Origin: Gammaproteobacteria bacterium
GTDB taxonomy: Bacteria > Pseudomonadota > Gammaproteobacteria > JBCCGL01
DNA: 64,000 bases
Reading direction: 5' to 3'
Assembly (NCBI GenBank): GCA_965277715.1
Contig: OZ255836.1
Span: forward strand, 896,001-960,000
Of the stretch, positions 51,240 to 61,542 are shown one piece after another. A model generated the notes under the pieces. That model worked only from the letters and a program-made list of their open reading frames with translations, searched no databases and was not told the DNA's origin. The translations under genes and the position numbers were made by a program. Position 1 is the stretch's first letter. Every line of letters begins with the position of its first letter.

Positions 51240-52709
51240 CTAACGCATTGTTAAACTGTCAATAATTTCCGCTAGTGCGCGAATACCGGGTTCAATTTTA
51301 TCGACGCCAATCGATGAAAAGCCCAGTGAAAAAAAATTCATCGGTGGGCTATCGTGTAAAAAGCGTGTGTCACCCGGTTCGATTAAGATACCACGCTCAC
51401 GTGCTGCTGTATCCAACGCCCGACAGTTTAATGTCGGCGGGCCTTTGATCCAGTAGGAGGTGCCGCCGCGTGTGGGGGTTTTCTGGCAGTGGGGTAAATA
51501 GCGATCCAGTGCCTCGCCCATGACCTCCCAGCGGTCGCGGTAGGCGTGGTTGAGGCGTCGCGCCAGGGAGTCGTGATGGCCTTCGGCGAGAAACACCGCC
51601 AGGGTTCGCTGGTTATTGGCAGGGGGGTGGCGCAGTATCAATCGACGCAGCGCCCGTGCCTGCTGTATTAACGCTGCCGGTGCCACCAGGTAGCCCAATC
51701 GCAAGCCCGGCGCCAGGGTTTTGGACAGGCTGCCCAGGTAGATAACACGGCCATCGTCATCCAGGCTCTTCAGGGCCGGTGTCGGGTTATCAACGTAATT
51801 GGTTTCAACTTCGTAGTCGTCCTCAATAATGACTGAATCGGACTGTGCTGCACTCTCCAATAATTGTTTACGCCTGGCCAGCGACATAATCACATTGGTG
51901 GGGTAGTGGTGACTGGGGGTGGTATAGATCACATCACAGCTTTTCAATGTGCTGTCGATCATCAAGCCTTCACTGTCGACAGGCAGGCCGCAGATATTAT
52001 CGGTGACCAGTGTAAAGATATTGCGGGCATCTGGATAACCGGGGTCTTCCAGGCCTATGCGCGTTTGCGGTGAAATCAATAGTCTGCCGAGTAAATACAG
52101 TGCCTGTTGCGTGCCGAGTGTCACCAGTATTTCATCACTGGATGCCCACACACCACGGCGCGGCAGCACCCGGGTACGCAATTGCTCAATCAGCAGCGGG
52201 TCATCACTGTCAACGGCGTCTTTTGCCCAGTATTTGATCGTTTGCACAGAGAGCGATTGGCGGGTGCTTTGCCGCCAATCGGCAATCGGGAACAGGCTGG
52301 GATCGAATTGACCGCGAATAAATGGGTAGGGGTAATCCTGCCAGTCGAGGGGTTTTGCATCGTAGCGTTGTGTGGCGAGGTTGATGGCTAACCGCTGTTG
52401 CCAGCCAATATCTTTGGTGGGCCGGACGGTGGGTTTGGTTGTCGCTACTTTGCCCTGCAAAATATCGTTAGTAACGTAGTAGCCGCTGCGCTGTCGGGCA
52501 TCCAGATACCCTTCATCAACCAGTTGTTGATAGGCCAGTACCACAGTATTTCTGGCTACACCCAGTTGTTCAGCCAGTTTTCGCCCGGAGGGGAGTGGGG
52601 CACCCCCCGGAATATGCTCATCGAGAATAGCGGAAACAATCGTCTCGCGAATCTGTGCCTGCAGGCTTTTACTGCTTTTTTCGGGTAAATACAGTAAGTA
52701 ATCACTCAT
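51240..52709 (-). CDS. MocR/GntR-family PLP-dependent transcriptional regulator
   Basis: wHTH LPSGRKLAEQLGVARNTVVLAYQQLVDEGYL; aminotransferase-like domain TPSHHYPT, IIEDDY and SLSKTLAPGLRLGY. Confidence 0.92.
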   Translation of the reverse strand: MSDYLLYLPEKSSKSLQAQIRETIVSAILDEHIPGGAPLPSGRKLAEQLGVARNTVVLAYQQLVDEGYLDARQRSGYYVTNDILQGKVATTKPTVRPTKDIGWQQRLAINLATQRYDAKPLDWQDYPYPFIRGQFDPSLFPIADWRQSTRQSLSVQTIKYWAKDAVDSDDPLLIEQLRTRVLPRRGVWASSDEILVTLGTQQALYLLGRLLISPQTRIGLEDPGYPDARNIFTLVTDNICGLPVDSEGLMIDSTLKSCDVIYTTPSHHYPTNVIMSLARRKQLLESAAQSDSVIIEDDYEVETNYVDNPTPALKSLDDDGRVIYLGSLSKTLAPGLRLGYLVAPAALIQQARALRRLILRHPPANNQRTLAVFLAEGHHDSLARRLNHAYRDRWEVMGEALDRYLPHCQKTPTRGGTSYWIKGPPTLNCRALDTAARERGILIEPGDTRFLHDSPPMNFFSLGFSSIGVDKIEPGIRALAEIIDSLTMR

Positions 52710-52795
52710 GCTTTATACGCCTGGGTTTTTATGTGGCGGCTTTTATATGCCTGGGTAGTGTCGATAAGAGGCCGGTTCAGGTTATTTTTTAATTG

Positions 52796-52910
52796 GTGCC
52801 AGTTAGGTTTCTTCTGGGTTATTTTTAGTGCCAGACTTACTGCATTCTGGCACTAAATTGACGCACTGGATACATAAAAGTAAGGCAAATTAGCCAAAAT
52901 CAATGGCACT
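52796..52910. promoter_or_regulatory. Candidate MocR operator (TGGCAC boxes)
   Basis: Perfect 12-bp inverted repeat TTTAGTGCCAGA-N10-TCTGGCACTAAA (52824-52857), plus GTGCCAG at 52796 and TGGCACT at 52904. Confidence 0.55.
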
Positions 52911-52918
52911 GTATTGAT

Positions 52919-52974
52919 GGAAAGATCAATTTGAGTCATTTTTGGTGCACTATTGAGGAGCATAGTGGTGCTAT
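52919..52974. repeat. Degenerate partial copy of the 169-bp MITE-like element
   Basis: GGAAAGATCAATTTGAGTCATTTTTGGTGCACTATTGAGGAGCATAGTGGTGCTAT resembles the reverse complement of 28287-28344. Confidence 0.7.
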
Positions 52975-53101
52975 GGTGAGTAAAAACGACGCTGAACCCG
53001 ACAATACAAGGTAGGCGATGTACTAGCTGCCCGGGCTTCAATAAAGGGTAGATCAACGCCTATAATGCGCGGACTTTATTCAACCGGATCGGAGGCAAAT
53101 C

Positions 53102-54643
53102 ATGGCAACTGCCAGCAACCCAGTGGGCGCCACAGACGCACAAAAGCAGGTTTTCCACTATATCGACGGTCAGCATGTCGCTGGCACCAGTAATCGCTAC
53201 GGCGCTATTTATAATCCGGCGACGGGCGAGGTGACGGCGCAGACGCCATTGGCGTCCGTGAGTGAAGTTGAGTCGGCTATTGCCTCTGCGCAGGCGGCGT
53301 TTCCCGCCTGGAGTGCCACCCCTGTGGGCAAGCGTGCGCAGTTGATGTTTGCGTTTCGCGAAAAGATTGTGCAGCACATGGATGAGCTGGCCGCGATTTT
53401 GTCGTCTGAACACGGCAAGACGCTGGACGACGCCAAGGGTGAAATTACCCGTGGTCTGGAGGTGGTCGAGTTTGCCTGTGGTATTCCGCAGTTGCTGAAG
53501 GGTGAGTACAACCAAAGCGTTGCCAGTGGTGTCGATACCTGGAGTATGCGCCAGCCACTGGGTGTGGTCGGGGGTATTACCCCGTTTAATTTCCCGGCGA
53601 TGATTCCGCTGTGGATGTTCCCGGTGGCGATTGCCTGCGGTAACACATTCGTATTAAAGCCGTCTGAGCGCGATCCATCCACGGGTCTCAGGCTGGCAGA
53701 GCTGTTTTTTGAGGCAGGCGCCCCCGAGGGTGTACTCAATGTGGTGAATGGCGACAAAGAAGCGGTCGACACACTCCTCAGTGATCCGCGTATTCAGGGG
53801 GTCAGCTTTGTCGGTTCTACGGCCATTGGTGAATATATTTACCGCACGGGTACTGCGCACGGTAAACGCGTACAGGCGCTGTGTGGCGCCAAAAACCATA
53901 TGGTGGTAATGCCCGATGCAGATATGGATCAGGTGACCGATGCCGTGGTGGGTGCCGCTTACGGTTCTGCGGGCGAGCGCTGTATGGCTATCTCGGTGGT
54001 CGTGGCGGTAGGCAATGAGGCCGCTGATACGCTGATTGAGAAGCTCAAGCCCCGGGTTGCCGCGCTGAAGGTGGGGCCGTATACCGATGCATCGACTGAA
54101 ATGGGGCCGGTGATTACCCCCGAGGCGCGTGATCGCATTTTTGGCTATATCGATGCGGGTGTTGAGCAGGGTGCTGAATTAGTATTGGATGGCCGGGATG
54201 TGCACGTCGAGGGCTATGAGAATGGCCACTTCGTCGGCGGTACGATTTTTGATAAGGTAACGCCTGCCATGAGTATTTACACGGACGAAATTTTTGGGCC
54301 GGTGTTATCCATTGTGCGTACTGAGTCATTCGAACAGGCGCTGCAAATGGTCAATGATCACGAGTACGGCAACGGCACGGCGATTTTTACCCGGGATGGT
54401 GATGCGGCGCGTGACTACACGCACCGTGTGCAGATTGGCATGGTCGGTGTCAATGTACCGATTCCGGTGCCATTGGCCTATCACAGCTTTGGTGGCTGGA
54501 AGCGTTCACTGTTTGGTGATCACCACATCCACGGCCCGGAAGGTGTGCGTTTTTACACGCGCATGAAAAGTGTGACCTCGCGTTGGCCGTCCGGTATTCG
54601 TGCCGGTGCGGTGTTCAATTTCAAGGAGGGGGGAGAGCATTGA
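53102..54643 (+). CDS. mmsA: CoA-acylating (methyl)malonate-semialdehyde dehydrogenase
   Basis: ITPFNFPAMIPLWMFP, KPSERDP, SFVGST, GAKNH, catalytic GSAGERCMA and SFGGWKRSLFGD. Confidence 0.93.
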   Translation: MATASNPVGATDAQKQVFHYIDGQHVAGTSNRYGAIYNPATGEVTAQTPLASVSEVESAIASAQAAFPAWSATPVGKRAQLMFAFREKIVQHMDELAAILSSEHGKTLDDAKGEITRGLEVVEFACGIPQLLKGEYNQSVASGVDTWSMRQPLGVVGGITPFNFPAMIPLWMFPVAIACGNTFVLKPSERDPSTGLRLAELFFEAGAPEGVLNVVNGDKEAVDTLLSDPRIQGVSFVGSTAIGEYIYRTGTAHGKRVQALCGAKNHMVVMPDADMDQVTDAVVGAAYGSAGERCMAISVVVAVGNEAADTLIEKLKPRVAALKVGPYTDASTEMGPVITPEARDRIFGYIDAGVEQGAELVLDGRDVHVEGYENGHFVGGTIFDKVTPAMSIYTDEIFGPVLSIVRTESFEQALQMVNDHEYGNGTAIFTRDGDAARDYTHRVQIGMVGVNVPIPVPLAYHSFGGWKRSLFGDHHIHGPEGVRFYTRMKSVTSRWPSGIRAGAVFNFKEGGEH

Positions 54644-54675
54644 GTTTTGAAGGGTGAAGAGTGAAGTGAAAGAGC

Positions 54676-54706
54676 GAGGCTGTAACGCAGTGTGCGTTAC
54701 AGCCTC
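54676..54706. terminator. Strong hairpin between convergent mmsA and hinT
   Basis: Perfect 14-bp stem GAGGCTGTAACGCA-GTG-TGCGTTACAGCCTC. Confidence 0.65.
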
Positions 54707-54712
54707 TCGTTG

Positions 54713-55072
54713 TTAGATATTGCGGCTGCGCAGCATGAACTCAAGGTCTCTTCCGCCCAGTAAATGCATGTGCAAGTGCATTACTTCCTGGTGCCCATCG
54801 CGGCCACAGTTAACCACCAGGCGGTAACCGGACTCGTCGATGCCTTCATCTCTGGCCAGCTTTCTGGCGACAGTGAATAGCCTGCCGAGTGCCAGTTCGT
54901 CCTCTTCACTGCAATCGTCGACTGTCGGGATGATTTTATTGGGGATGATAAGAATATGGGTGGGGGCAGAGGGGTTGATGTCTCTAAAGGCGGTGACCAG
55001 GTCATCCTGGTACAGCATATCTGAGGGCAGTTCTTTGCGGATAATTTTACTGAAGAGGGTTTCCTCGGCCAT
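54713..55072 (-). CDS. hinT: HIT-family purine nucleoside phosphoramidase
   Basis: [24 protein letters not shown] and histidine triad [10 protein letters not shown]. Confidence 0.93.
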   Translation of the reverse strand: MAEETLFSKIIRKELPSDMLYQDDLVTAFRDINPSAPTHILIIPNKIIPTVDDCSEEDELALGRLFTVARKLARDEGIDESGYRLVVNCGRDGHQEVMHLHMHLLGGRDLEFMLRSRNI

Positions 55073-55265
55073 ATTTTTACGCTCGCTATTGCGGTTGGTT
55101 AAACCTAAATTAATTCGTCGAAATTAAACTGATATAATCAAACACGGTTTTATTCCAGGAGTCTGTTCTTGCAGGCACTCCCTATATCGCTAAAGTATGC
55201 CATAAAGGCAACACTTATTGTGTTTGTCCTGTTTGACAACAGAAAAATCAAAGAGAAATATTTCC

Positions 55266-55829
55266 ATGGGTAACCGGCTGTCAAAAATCTACACACGTAC
55301 CGGCGATGATGGTAGTACCGGGTTGGGTAACGGTGACCGGATTGAAAAAGATAATATTCGCGTGTGTGCCTACGGCACTACGGATGAATTAAACAGCCAT
55401 ATCGGCCATCTGCTGTCGCTGGCTATCCCCAACCACATGGCGGCAACGCTGGTGCTGGTGCAACACCATTTGTTTGATATTGGCGGTGAGCTGTGTATTC
55501 CGGGGCATACGGTAATAGAGCAGGCGCGCATTGATTGGCTGGAGGCTGAGCTGGATGCCCTCAATAAAGACCTACCCTACCTAAAAGAGTTTATTCTCCC
55601 AGGGGGTAGCCAGGCATCGGCGGTGTGTCATATCGCCAGAACGGTGTGCCGACGGGCCGAGCGGGAAACCGTTACCCTGAGTCGCCACGAAGCGGTCAAT
55701 CCCCTGGCATTAAAATACCTGAACCGGCTATCAGATTATTTATTTGTCGCTGCCCGCGTCATCCTGCGCCAGGCAGGCGATAACGAGGTTTACTGGAACA
55801 AACAAACAGCCAACAATGACGGCCAATAG
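55266..55829 (+). CDS. Cob(I)alamin adenosyltransferase (PduO-type)
   Basis: MGNRLSKIYTRTGDDGSTGL, YGTTDELNS, FILPGG, RTVCRRAER and YLNRLSDYLF. Confidence 0.93.
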   Translation: MGNRLSKIYTRTGDDGSTGLGNGDRIEKDNIRVCAYGTTDELNSHIGHLLSLAIPNHMAATLVLVQHHLFDIGGELCIPGHTVIEQARIDWLEAELDALNKDLPYLKEFILPGGSQASAVCHIARTVCRRAERETVTLSRHEAVNPLALKYLNRLSDYLFVAARVILRQAGDNEVYWNKQTANNDGQ

Positions 55830-56277
55830 CGCGATGCAAAATCAAGCGCTCGATCGCAACGAAGTGCGCGATAATTTTGCCTACTTTATTGAAGTACCCA
55901 CCCGCTGGAACGATAACGACCAATACGGCCATGTCAATAATGCGGTTTATCACAACTACATAGAAGCCGTTATTATGCGGTTTTTGGTGGTCGAGCATGG
56001 CCTCGACGTCCGGCACGGTGCATTCAGAACCTTCACCGTCGAAAACTTTTGCCGTTACCATCGATCGATTGCGTTTCCGCATACCGTTGAGTGCGGCTTG
56101 CGCGTGGCAAAGCTGGGTAATAGCAGCGTAAGATATGAGGTTGGTTTGTTTATCGAAGGCAGCGAAACCGCCGCTGCGACGGCTTATTGTGTCGATGTCT
56201 ACGTCGATCCACATACGGAACGGCCCGTGGCGATACCCGCTGTTGTGCGGGAAATTCTCACCTCAATTACCCGCTAA
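55816..56277 (+). CDS. Acyl-CoA thioesterase (hotdog fold, 4HBT family)
   Basis: TRWNDNDQYGHVNNAVY and LGNSSVRYEVGLF; start uncertain (55816 or 55834). Confidence 0.85.
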   Translation: MTANSAMQNQALDRNEVRDNFAYFIEVPTRWNDNDQYGHVNNAVYHNYIEAVIMRFLVVEHGLDVRHGAFRTFTVENFCRYHRSIAFPHTVECGLRVAKLGNSSVRYEVGLFIEGSETAAATAYCVDVYVDPHTERPVAIPAVVREILTSITR

Positions 56278-56296
56278 ATTCCCTGGAAACAGTTTA

Positions 56297-57247
56297 ATGA
56301 ATGCACTCGATATTCGCGGCCTGCGCAAAACCTATGCAAATAATCATATCGCCCTGCAAGGTATTGATTTATCGGTAAAACAAGGTGAGTTTTTCGCATT
56401 ACTCGGCCCTAATGGGGCAGGTAAATCCACGTTGATAGGTATCGTCAGTTCGCTTATCAATAAGACTGGTGGTGAGGTAAAGATCTTTGGTGTGTCTATC
56501 GACCAGGATGTTTACGAGGCCAAACGGCATATCGGTATCGTCCCACAGGAATTCAACTTCAGTATGTTCGAGCCGGTGATCGAAATTGTTGCCAATCAGG
56601 CAGGTTATTACGGTATTGCCAATAAAGAAGCGCATCAACGCGCCGAGAAATACCTAAAGCAGCTCGATCTATGGGATAAGCGGCATTCAATTTCACGGGA
56701 ACTGTCCGGTGGTATGAAACGCCGCCTGATGATCGCCCGCGCCCTGGTGCACGAGCCGCGTCTGCTGATTCTCGATGAACCCACGGCTGGGGTCGACATT
56801 GAAATCCGCCGGTCAATGTGGCAGTTTTTACAAGACATCAATCGCCAGGGCACCACTATTATTCTAACCACGCACTACCTCGAAGAGGCGGAAAGCCTGT
56901 GTGAACGCCTGGCGATTATCGATGCAGGGAAAATTGTCAAGGAGGGTGTGGTCAACCAGCTCATCACCCAAACCGAAAATCAAACTTACGTTTTTGATAT
57001 TTCTATCGACCAGGTAAGCAACCAGGTCGACACGCTCGACCGCTTGCATCGGGAATTGACCGTGGTTAGCAAAGGCAGTACAGAAGGGCAGGCCGACAAT
57101 CAACACAGTATTGAAATCGAGCTTACCGAAGGCAGTGCATTGAAAAACGTCTTTGCAGTGTTTGCAAAACACGGCATAGAAGTGCGCAGCATGCGTAATA
57201 AATACAACCGACTGGAAGAATTTTTCCTCAACCTCGTCAACAAGTAA
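56297..57247 (+). CDS. yadG: ABC transporter ATP-binding protein (YadG-like)
   Basis: LLGPNGAGKST, VPQEFNF, LSGGMKRR and LDEPTAGVDIE.RR. Confidence 0.85.
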   Translation: MNALDIRGLRKTYANNHIALQGIDLSVKQGEFFALLGPNGAGKSTLIGIVSSLINKTGGEVKIFGVSIDQDVYEAKRHIGIVPQEFNFSMFEPVIEIVANQAGYYGIANKEAHQRAEKYLKQLDLWDKRHSISRELSGGMKRRLMIARALVHEPRLLILDEPTAGVDIEIRRSMWQFLQDINRQGTTIILTTHYLEEAESLCERLAIIDAGKIVKEGVVNQLITQTENQTYVFDISIDQVSNQVDTLDRLHRELTVVSKGSTEGQADNQHSIEIELTEGSALKNVFAVFAKHGIEVRSMRNKYNRLEEFFLNLVNK

Positions 57248-57256
57248 ACACAGCTT

Positions 57257-58030
57257 ATGAATGCGCGCCAAAACACTATTGCCCTGATTACCATTATACG
57301 CAAAGAAATTCTGCGTTTTGCGCGTATCTGGGTACAGACACTGACACCACCGGCTGTCAACGCACTGCTGTATATTGTGATATTTGGTGGGCTGATCGGC
57401 TCGCAAATGCCACAGATGCAGGGGTTTAATTACATCGACTACATTATTCCCGGCATTATTATGATGTCGGTCATTACCAACTCCTACTCTAATGTTGTCT
57501 CGTCTTTTTACAGTGCAAAGTTTCAGCGCAATATCGAGGAAATGTTGGTATCACCGTTATCCAATACCGTTATTTTGATCGGGTTTGTCACCGGTGGGGT
57601 ATGTAGAGGAATAATTGTCGGTAGCATCGTCACCGTGGTGACATTATTGTTTTCACAAATCAGCGTTAACAATTTACTAATAACCCTTTCCATTGTGATA
57701 TTAACCTCTATCCTGTTTTCCATTGGTGGGTTAATCAACGCGGTGTTTGCCAAAAGCTTTGATGATATTTCGATCATTCCCAATTTTGTGCTAACGCCAC
57801 TGACTTATTTCGGCGGCATATTCTATTCAATACAACTACTGCCAGACACCTGGCAAACGGTCTCTCTGTTTAACCCGGTGCTGTATATGATCAATGGGTT
57901 TAGATACGGTATTTTAGGTGTCAGCGATATTCCCATCGAGCAGGCTTTTTTTGTTATTGTCCTGTTTATTGGTGTATTTGCCAGTATTGCCCTGATTTTA
58001 CTTAACCGTGGTATCGGGATAAAAAGTTAA
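57257..58030 (+). CDS. yadH: ABC-2 permease (YadH-like)
   Basis: KEILRFARIWVQTL.PP, NSYSNVVSSF and FDDISIIPNFVLTPLTY.GG.FYSI. Confidence 0.88.
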   Translation: MNARQNTIALITIIRKEILRFARIWVQTLTPPAVNALLYIVIFGGLIGSQMPQMQGFNYIDYIIPGIIMMSVITNSYSNVVSSFYSAKFQRNIEEMLVSPLSNTVILIGFVTGGVCRGIIVGSIVTVVTLLFSQISVNNLLITLSIVILTSILFSIGGLINAVFAKSFDDISIIPNFVLTPLTYFGGIFYSIQLLPDTWQTVSLFNPVLYMINGFRYGILGVSDIPIEQAFFVIVLFIGVFASIALILLNRGIGIKS

Positions 58031-58834
58031 ATGCGAAAAAAACGCACGCCAATAGAAACTGACCCACATAAACTCTATCAACTGTCTGTACAAAGCCCGG
58101 AATTTGAGCTGAATTTTATCGACAAAACCTTCCAGAAAATACGCAGGCGAAAACCCCGGTTGATGCGTGAGGATTTTTGCGGTACCGCACTATCCTCTTG
58201 TGAATGGGTTAAACGGCACAGAGGCAACCGGGCTATCGCCATTGATATTGATGCCGATGTGCTCGACTGGTGTAAGAGAAATAACTACCCAACGCTTAAT
58301 AAGCACCAGCAACAACGGCTTGAAATACGCAATAAAAACGTACTCTCCAGCAAAACCCCTGAAATAGATATGTGTCAGGCGTTTAATTTCAGCTACTGGG
58401 TTTTCCAGGAGCGCAAGACCATGTTGCGCTATTTCAGAAATATACACCGTTCGCTGTGCGATGACGGCCTGTTTTTTCTCGATGCGTTTGGTGGATACGA
58501 AGCCCATAAAACACAGCGCGAAAAACGCAAGGTCGACGGTTTTTCGTATATTTGGGAGCAGGAAACCTACAATGCAGTAACCGGTGAAATGCAGTGCCGT
58601 ATCCACTTTCAGTTACCTGGTGGTAAAAAAATCGACAACGCATTTAGTTATGTATGGCGGTTGTGGGGAGTACGCGAGTTGCGTGAGGTTCTGATTGATG
58701 CCGGGTTCAGTAAAACCACGCTGTACCTGCAACAGTTTGATGAAGAAACCGATGAACCGCTGGATGCGTTTGTCGCCAGCGATTATGCAGAGGACTATGC
58801 CTGTTGGATTGGGTATCTGGTGGCGGAGAAATAG
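58031..58834 (+). CDS. Class I SAM-dependent methyltransferase
   Basis: LYQLSVQSP, REDFCGTA, FNFSYW, F.Y.WEQ and AFSYVWRLW. Confidence 0.8.
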   Translation: MRKKRTPIETDPHKLYQLSVQSPEFELNFIDKTFQKIRRRKPRLMREDFCGTALSSCEWVKRHRGNRAIAIDIDADVLDWCKRNNYPTLNKHQQQRLEIRNKNVLSSKTPEIDMCQAFNFSYWVFQERKTMLRYFRNIHRSLCDDGLFFLDAFGGYEAHKTQREKRKVDGFSYIWEQETYNAVTGEMQCRIHFQLPGGKKIDNAFSYVWRLWGVRELREVLIDAGFSKTTLYLQQFDEETDEPLDAFVASDYAEDYACWIGYLVAEK

Positions 58835-58931
58835 TGTGTATTACGCTAAAAGGCTTTTTGGATGACGTGGCGGTTGTTTTCTCTAATTGGGTAAATCCGC
58901 TGGGCGGCGAACCACAACGTGGTTGGCAAAG

Positions 58932-59014
58932 CTGTAGTCATTCTACAGGTGAAGCTGAAATGCTGGTAAAAGCGCTTTAGATTTTGTGCATTAGATGATC
59001 GCAGTAGATTCAAC
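58932..59014. repeat. 83-bp dispersed repeat, copy 2
   Basis: 78/83 identical to 25154-25236. Confidence 0.85.
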
Positions 59015-59299
59015 AATATTGCCTTCACTCACTCTGCAACAATTTGCCACCGTTTTTACTATCACACTGCTGGCAACCTTTTCCCGCAGATGTGTCGGGT
59101 TCTTTGGGGGTCAAGGTCGATTATTAAAGCGTATTGGCCCACGTTGAGACGATTTATTTGCAAGGCGGCAAACCACTCAGGGTGCTGCATTTGGATGTGC
59201 TGATTGATTTAAAACGACAGGCAGGCATAACGCAGGGATCATAAGATGTTGGAAGTTTTGTTGGCGATGGAGAATGAACGGTAAATCAACAGAGTGAAG

Positions 59300-59317
59300 G
59301 TTGACGTTAACGTCAAC
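59300..59317 (+). promoter_or_regulatory. LiuR-like (MerR family) operator overlapping a sigma70 -35 box
   Basis: Perfect palindrome GTTGACGTTAACGTCAAC; TTGACG-N17-CAGAAT promoter geometry. Confidence 0.7.
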
Positions 59318-59536
59318 GTTAGTCAGAATGCACCACAAAATAACCGAATCAACTGAATTGCTGCGTTTCTGGCGGATTCAATTTGGTCAAAAATACCAGG
59401 CCGTTCTTAATATCTGACTGTTCTTATACCTGACCGTCCTTATATCTAAAACGGCTTCAAGTGGAGGTATCATGTTACCAATGCAACCGTGTCGAATGCC
59501 GGTCTGTCGAGCGCCGGTTTATCGGGTATCTGTCTA

Positions 59537-61480
59537 ATGTCATCTCACGATACATTTCCCAAGTTACTGCGGCGCAATGCTGAGCAGTTTGCCCATTCAC
59601 CGTCAGTCCGTGAAAAGGAATTTGGTATCTGGCAGACCTGGAGCTGGTCACAAGCCGCCGTTGAAATTCAATCATTTGCCAATGGTTTGGCCGCGCTGGG
59701 TTTTGCGCGGGGTGATAAGCTGTTCATCATCGGCACTAACCGGCCGCGTATGTATTGGGCGATGTGTGCCGCGCAAAGCCTTGGTGGGATACCCGTACCC
59801 ACGTATCAGGACGCCGTCGTCGAGGAGCTGGTCTACGTGGTCGACCATGCTGAAATCCATTTTGCTATTGCCGAGGATCAGGAGCAAGTCGATAAACTGT
59901 TGCAGGTCAACGGGCAGGGCGGTGCAATCGAAAAAATCATCTACGACGACTCACGCGGTTTGCGTGGCTATAACCCCGAACAGGTTTTTTCGTTTGCAGC
60001 CGTGCAGGCGATGGGTGTAGAGCACGCGGCCAAATTCCCACAGTTTTTGCAGGAACAAATCGAACAGGGTAGCGGCGACGATAACGCCGTGCTGTTGTAC
60101 ACATCCGGTACAACAGGTCGGCCAAAAGGGGTGATGCTTACACACGCCAGCCTGATATTTGGTGCCAGGCGGGTTACTGAGCTGGAGTCACTCACCGAGA
60201 AGGATTCGGTTATTGCCTATTTGCCTATGGCGTGGGTGGTCGACCATTTTCTATGCTATACGTTGGCTTATTACGCGGGTTACTGTGTCTGTTGCCCGGA
60301 GAGCCTGGATACACTGCTGCACGATAAAATCGAAATCGGGCCGAGTTTTCACTTCACCTCACCGCGTGTGCTCGAAGGCCAGCGCACCGATATCATCACA
60401 CGCATGGAGGATGCCGCAAAAAATAAACGCGCCCTGTTCAACTTCTTTATTCAACACGCCAATCGGGTCGGTATCGCCATACACACCGGAGAAAAAGTCA
60501 GCCTGTGGGATAGAGTGCTGTATTCACTGGGCGAAATATACGCTTATGGGCCGCTGCGCAATGTCCTTGGTTATAGCAAAACCCGCATAACCTGGACGGC
60601 TGGAGAGGCCATCGGCCCGGATATGTTCGACTTTTATCGCGCCATCGGTATTAACTTAAAACAGGTTTATGGGCAGACTGAGGCAGGGCCATTTTTGACG
60701 GTGCAACCGGGCGATGCGGTTCGCTCTGATACAGTGGGTATACCACTTGTCGATGTCGATATAAAAATTGACGAGCAAGGCGAGGTGGTGTTTCGCAGCC
60801 CCGGTGCCTTCAGTGAATATTACAAAAACCCCGAGGCGACCGAGGGGGCAAAGAACGCTGAGGGATGGATACTCACCGGCGATGCCGGTTTGTTTGATGC
60901 GGAAGGCCAGTTAAAAATTATCGACCGTATAAAAGATGTGGGCAAATTGAGCGACGGGTCTTTATTTGCCCCTAAGTTTATCGAAAACAAATTAAAGTTT
61001 TTTGCCCATATCCTCGAAGCAGTGACCTTTGGCCACCAGCGCGACCAGGTGACCGCGATGATCAATATCGATCTGGTAGCGGTCGGCAATTGGGCCGAGA
61101 GACGCAATATTGCCTACGCGAGTTACCAGGATTTAGCGGCGCGCCCTGAGGTGTATTCGATGGTGCAGGAGAGCATCGAACAGGTAAACATCGATTTGTC
61201 GGGTGATGATACTCTGAACCACTCGCAAATAACCCGCTTCGTGATTCTGCACAAAGAGCTGGATGCCGACGATGGCGAGCTGACCCGTACCCGAAAAGTA
61301 CGTCGGCGCATTATTGCCGAGCGTTACGATAAGCTGATTGAGGCGTTGTACAACCCGGAGGTAAAGCGCGTGCAAGTGGTTACCGAAGTCACGTTCGAGG
61401 ATGGCCGTAAGGGCACTATCTCCGGCGACCTCGAAATTCGCGATACCCGCACTTTTCAAGCGGCAAAACAAGCCAGCTAA
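59537..61480 (+). CDS. Long-chain acyl-CoA synthetase (AMP-binding)
   Basis: REKEFGIWQTWSW, YTSGTTGRPKG, YGQTE, TGDAG, IENKLKF and ELTRTRKVRR. Confidence 0.9.
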   Translation: MSSHDTFPKLLRRNAEQFAHSPSVREKEFGIWQTWSWSQAAVEIQSFANGLAALGFARGDKLFIIGTNRPRMYWAMCAAQSLGGIPVPTYQDAVVEELVYVVDHAEIHFAIAEDQEQVDKLLQVNGQGGAIEKIIYDDSRGLRGYNPEQVFSFAAVQAMGVEHAAKFPQFLQEQIEQGSGDDNAVLLYTSGTTGRPKGVMLTHASLIFGARRVTELESLTEKDSVIAYLPMAWVVDHFLCYTLAYYAGYCVCCPESLDTLLHDKIEIGPSFHFTSPRVLEGQRTDIITRMEDAAKNKRALFNFFIQHANRVGIAIHTGEKVSLWDRVLYSLGEIYAYGPLRNVLGYSKTRITWTAGEAIGPDMFDFYRAIGINLKQVYGQTEAGPFLTVQPGDAVRSDTVGIPLVDVDIKIDEQGEVVFRSPGAFSEYYKNPEATEGAKNAEGWILTGDAGLFDAEGQLKIIDRIKDVGKLSDGSLFAPKFIENKLKFFAHILEAVTFGHQRDQVTAMINIDLVAVGNWAERRNIAYASYQDLAARPEVYSMVQESIEQVNIDLSGDDTLNHSQITRFVILHKELDADDGELTRTRKVRRRIIAERYDKLIEALYNPEVKRVQVVTEVTFEDGRKGTISGDLEIRDTRTFQAAKQAS

Positions 61481-61542
61481 TCCTGTATGAACCCTACCCG
61501 TATAAACCCTGTGTGTATTAACTCTGGCGCTGTATAAAATAA

